Part shown: positions 34,137 through 34,439 of the stretch, piece after piece | Layout: each line of letters opens with the position of its first letter | Numbering within the stretch: position 1 is the first letter of the stretch | Virus record (IMG/VR): IMGVR_UViG_3300049139_000283 | Location: 1 to 34,439 of that record | DNA length: 34,439 bases | Reading direction: 5' to 3' (one strand) | From: a virus | Lineage: Duplodnaviria; Caudoviricetes | The notes under the pieces: generated by a model | Database searches by the model: none | Seen by the model: only the letters and a program-made list of their open reading frames with translations | Told to the model about the DNA's origin: nothing | Program-made: the position numbers and the translations under genes

Positions 34137-34344
34137 CGAGCGCGTCCCCCTCCTCGCCGACGGGCGCGAGCGCGCGCAAGACCTTCATGGCGGCGGCCAG
34201 TTCGCGGGCCACCACGGCACGGGATGTCGGGGCGTCGGTGTCGTCGTACGTCTCGGCGAGGTCGATCGCGAGCGCGGCCTGCCCGGGGGCGACCTCGGCG
34301 ACCCGGAGTGACTGGATCTCGGCGCGGATCGAGTCGGCGATCAC
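34087..34344 (-). CDS. terS: Terminase small subunit
   Basis: Small helical protein directly upstream of terL with GGAGG RBS; ends DALDELTAKREERR. Confidence 0.7.
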   Translation of the reverse strand: MIADSIRAEIQSLRVAEVAPGQAALAIDLAETYDDTDAPTSRAVVARELAAAMKVLRALAPVGEEGDALDELTAKREERRGKRGA

Positions 34345-34439
34345 GACTGCCCTCCGTCACGGAGTGTGATGTAGCAGAGAGTGAGCATCGCTAATTCCCC
34401 GGTTTGCCAAACGGCGTCAAGATCGTCTTTCGGGAGGGC

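Noticed and set aside
15098-34311. Many long plus-strand ORFs, e.g. 23647..25986, 26485..28125 and 28150..30771
   Set aside because: Antisense shadows of clear minus-strand structural genes, expected in high-GC DNA; Arg/Gly/Pro-rich with no motifs
34345-34439. cos/pac packaging site upstream of terS
   Set aside because: Position is plausible and the region is non-coding, but no diagnostic sequence can be identified without read-end data

Overview
High-GC, temperate, siphovirus-like actinophage DNA. The host is most likely Streptomyces, inferred from gene content. Almost all genes are on the minus strand. In genome orientation (right to left) the order is: terminase, portal, HK97-type protease and capsid, neck, tail tube, tail chaperone with a -1 frameshift, tape measure, tail tip, a 4-gene lysis cassette, an accessory island (about 10.5-15.0 kb), an intact attP matching the 3' end of tRNA-His, tyrosine integrase, immunity region (repressor, Cro, operators), and early genes (Xis-like, PD-(D/E)XK exonuclease, Gp3-like protein, DnaQ-like exonuclease, RuvC-like resolvase, WhiB, degenerate HNH). 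The att core has phage genes on both sides, so this is an excised or virion-form genome rather than an integrated prophage. The best candidates for undescribed biology are three. (i) An RRNPP-like XRE-HTH/TPR regulator sits upstream of a repeat-bearing leaderless promoter that drives a zinc-finger/Prim-Pol-like micro-operon. (ii) Two paralogous, internally duplicated proteins lie between repressor and integrase, in the slot usually held by an ImmA antirepressor. (iii) Self-regulated cassettes are bracketed by three copies of one terminator. All protein calls come from motifs read by eye plus synteny; no database searches were run.
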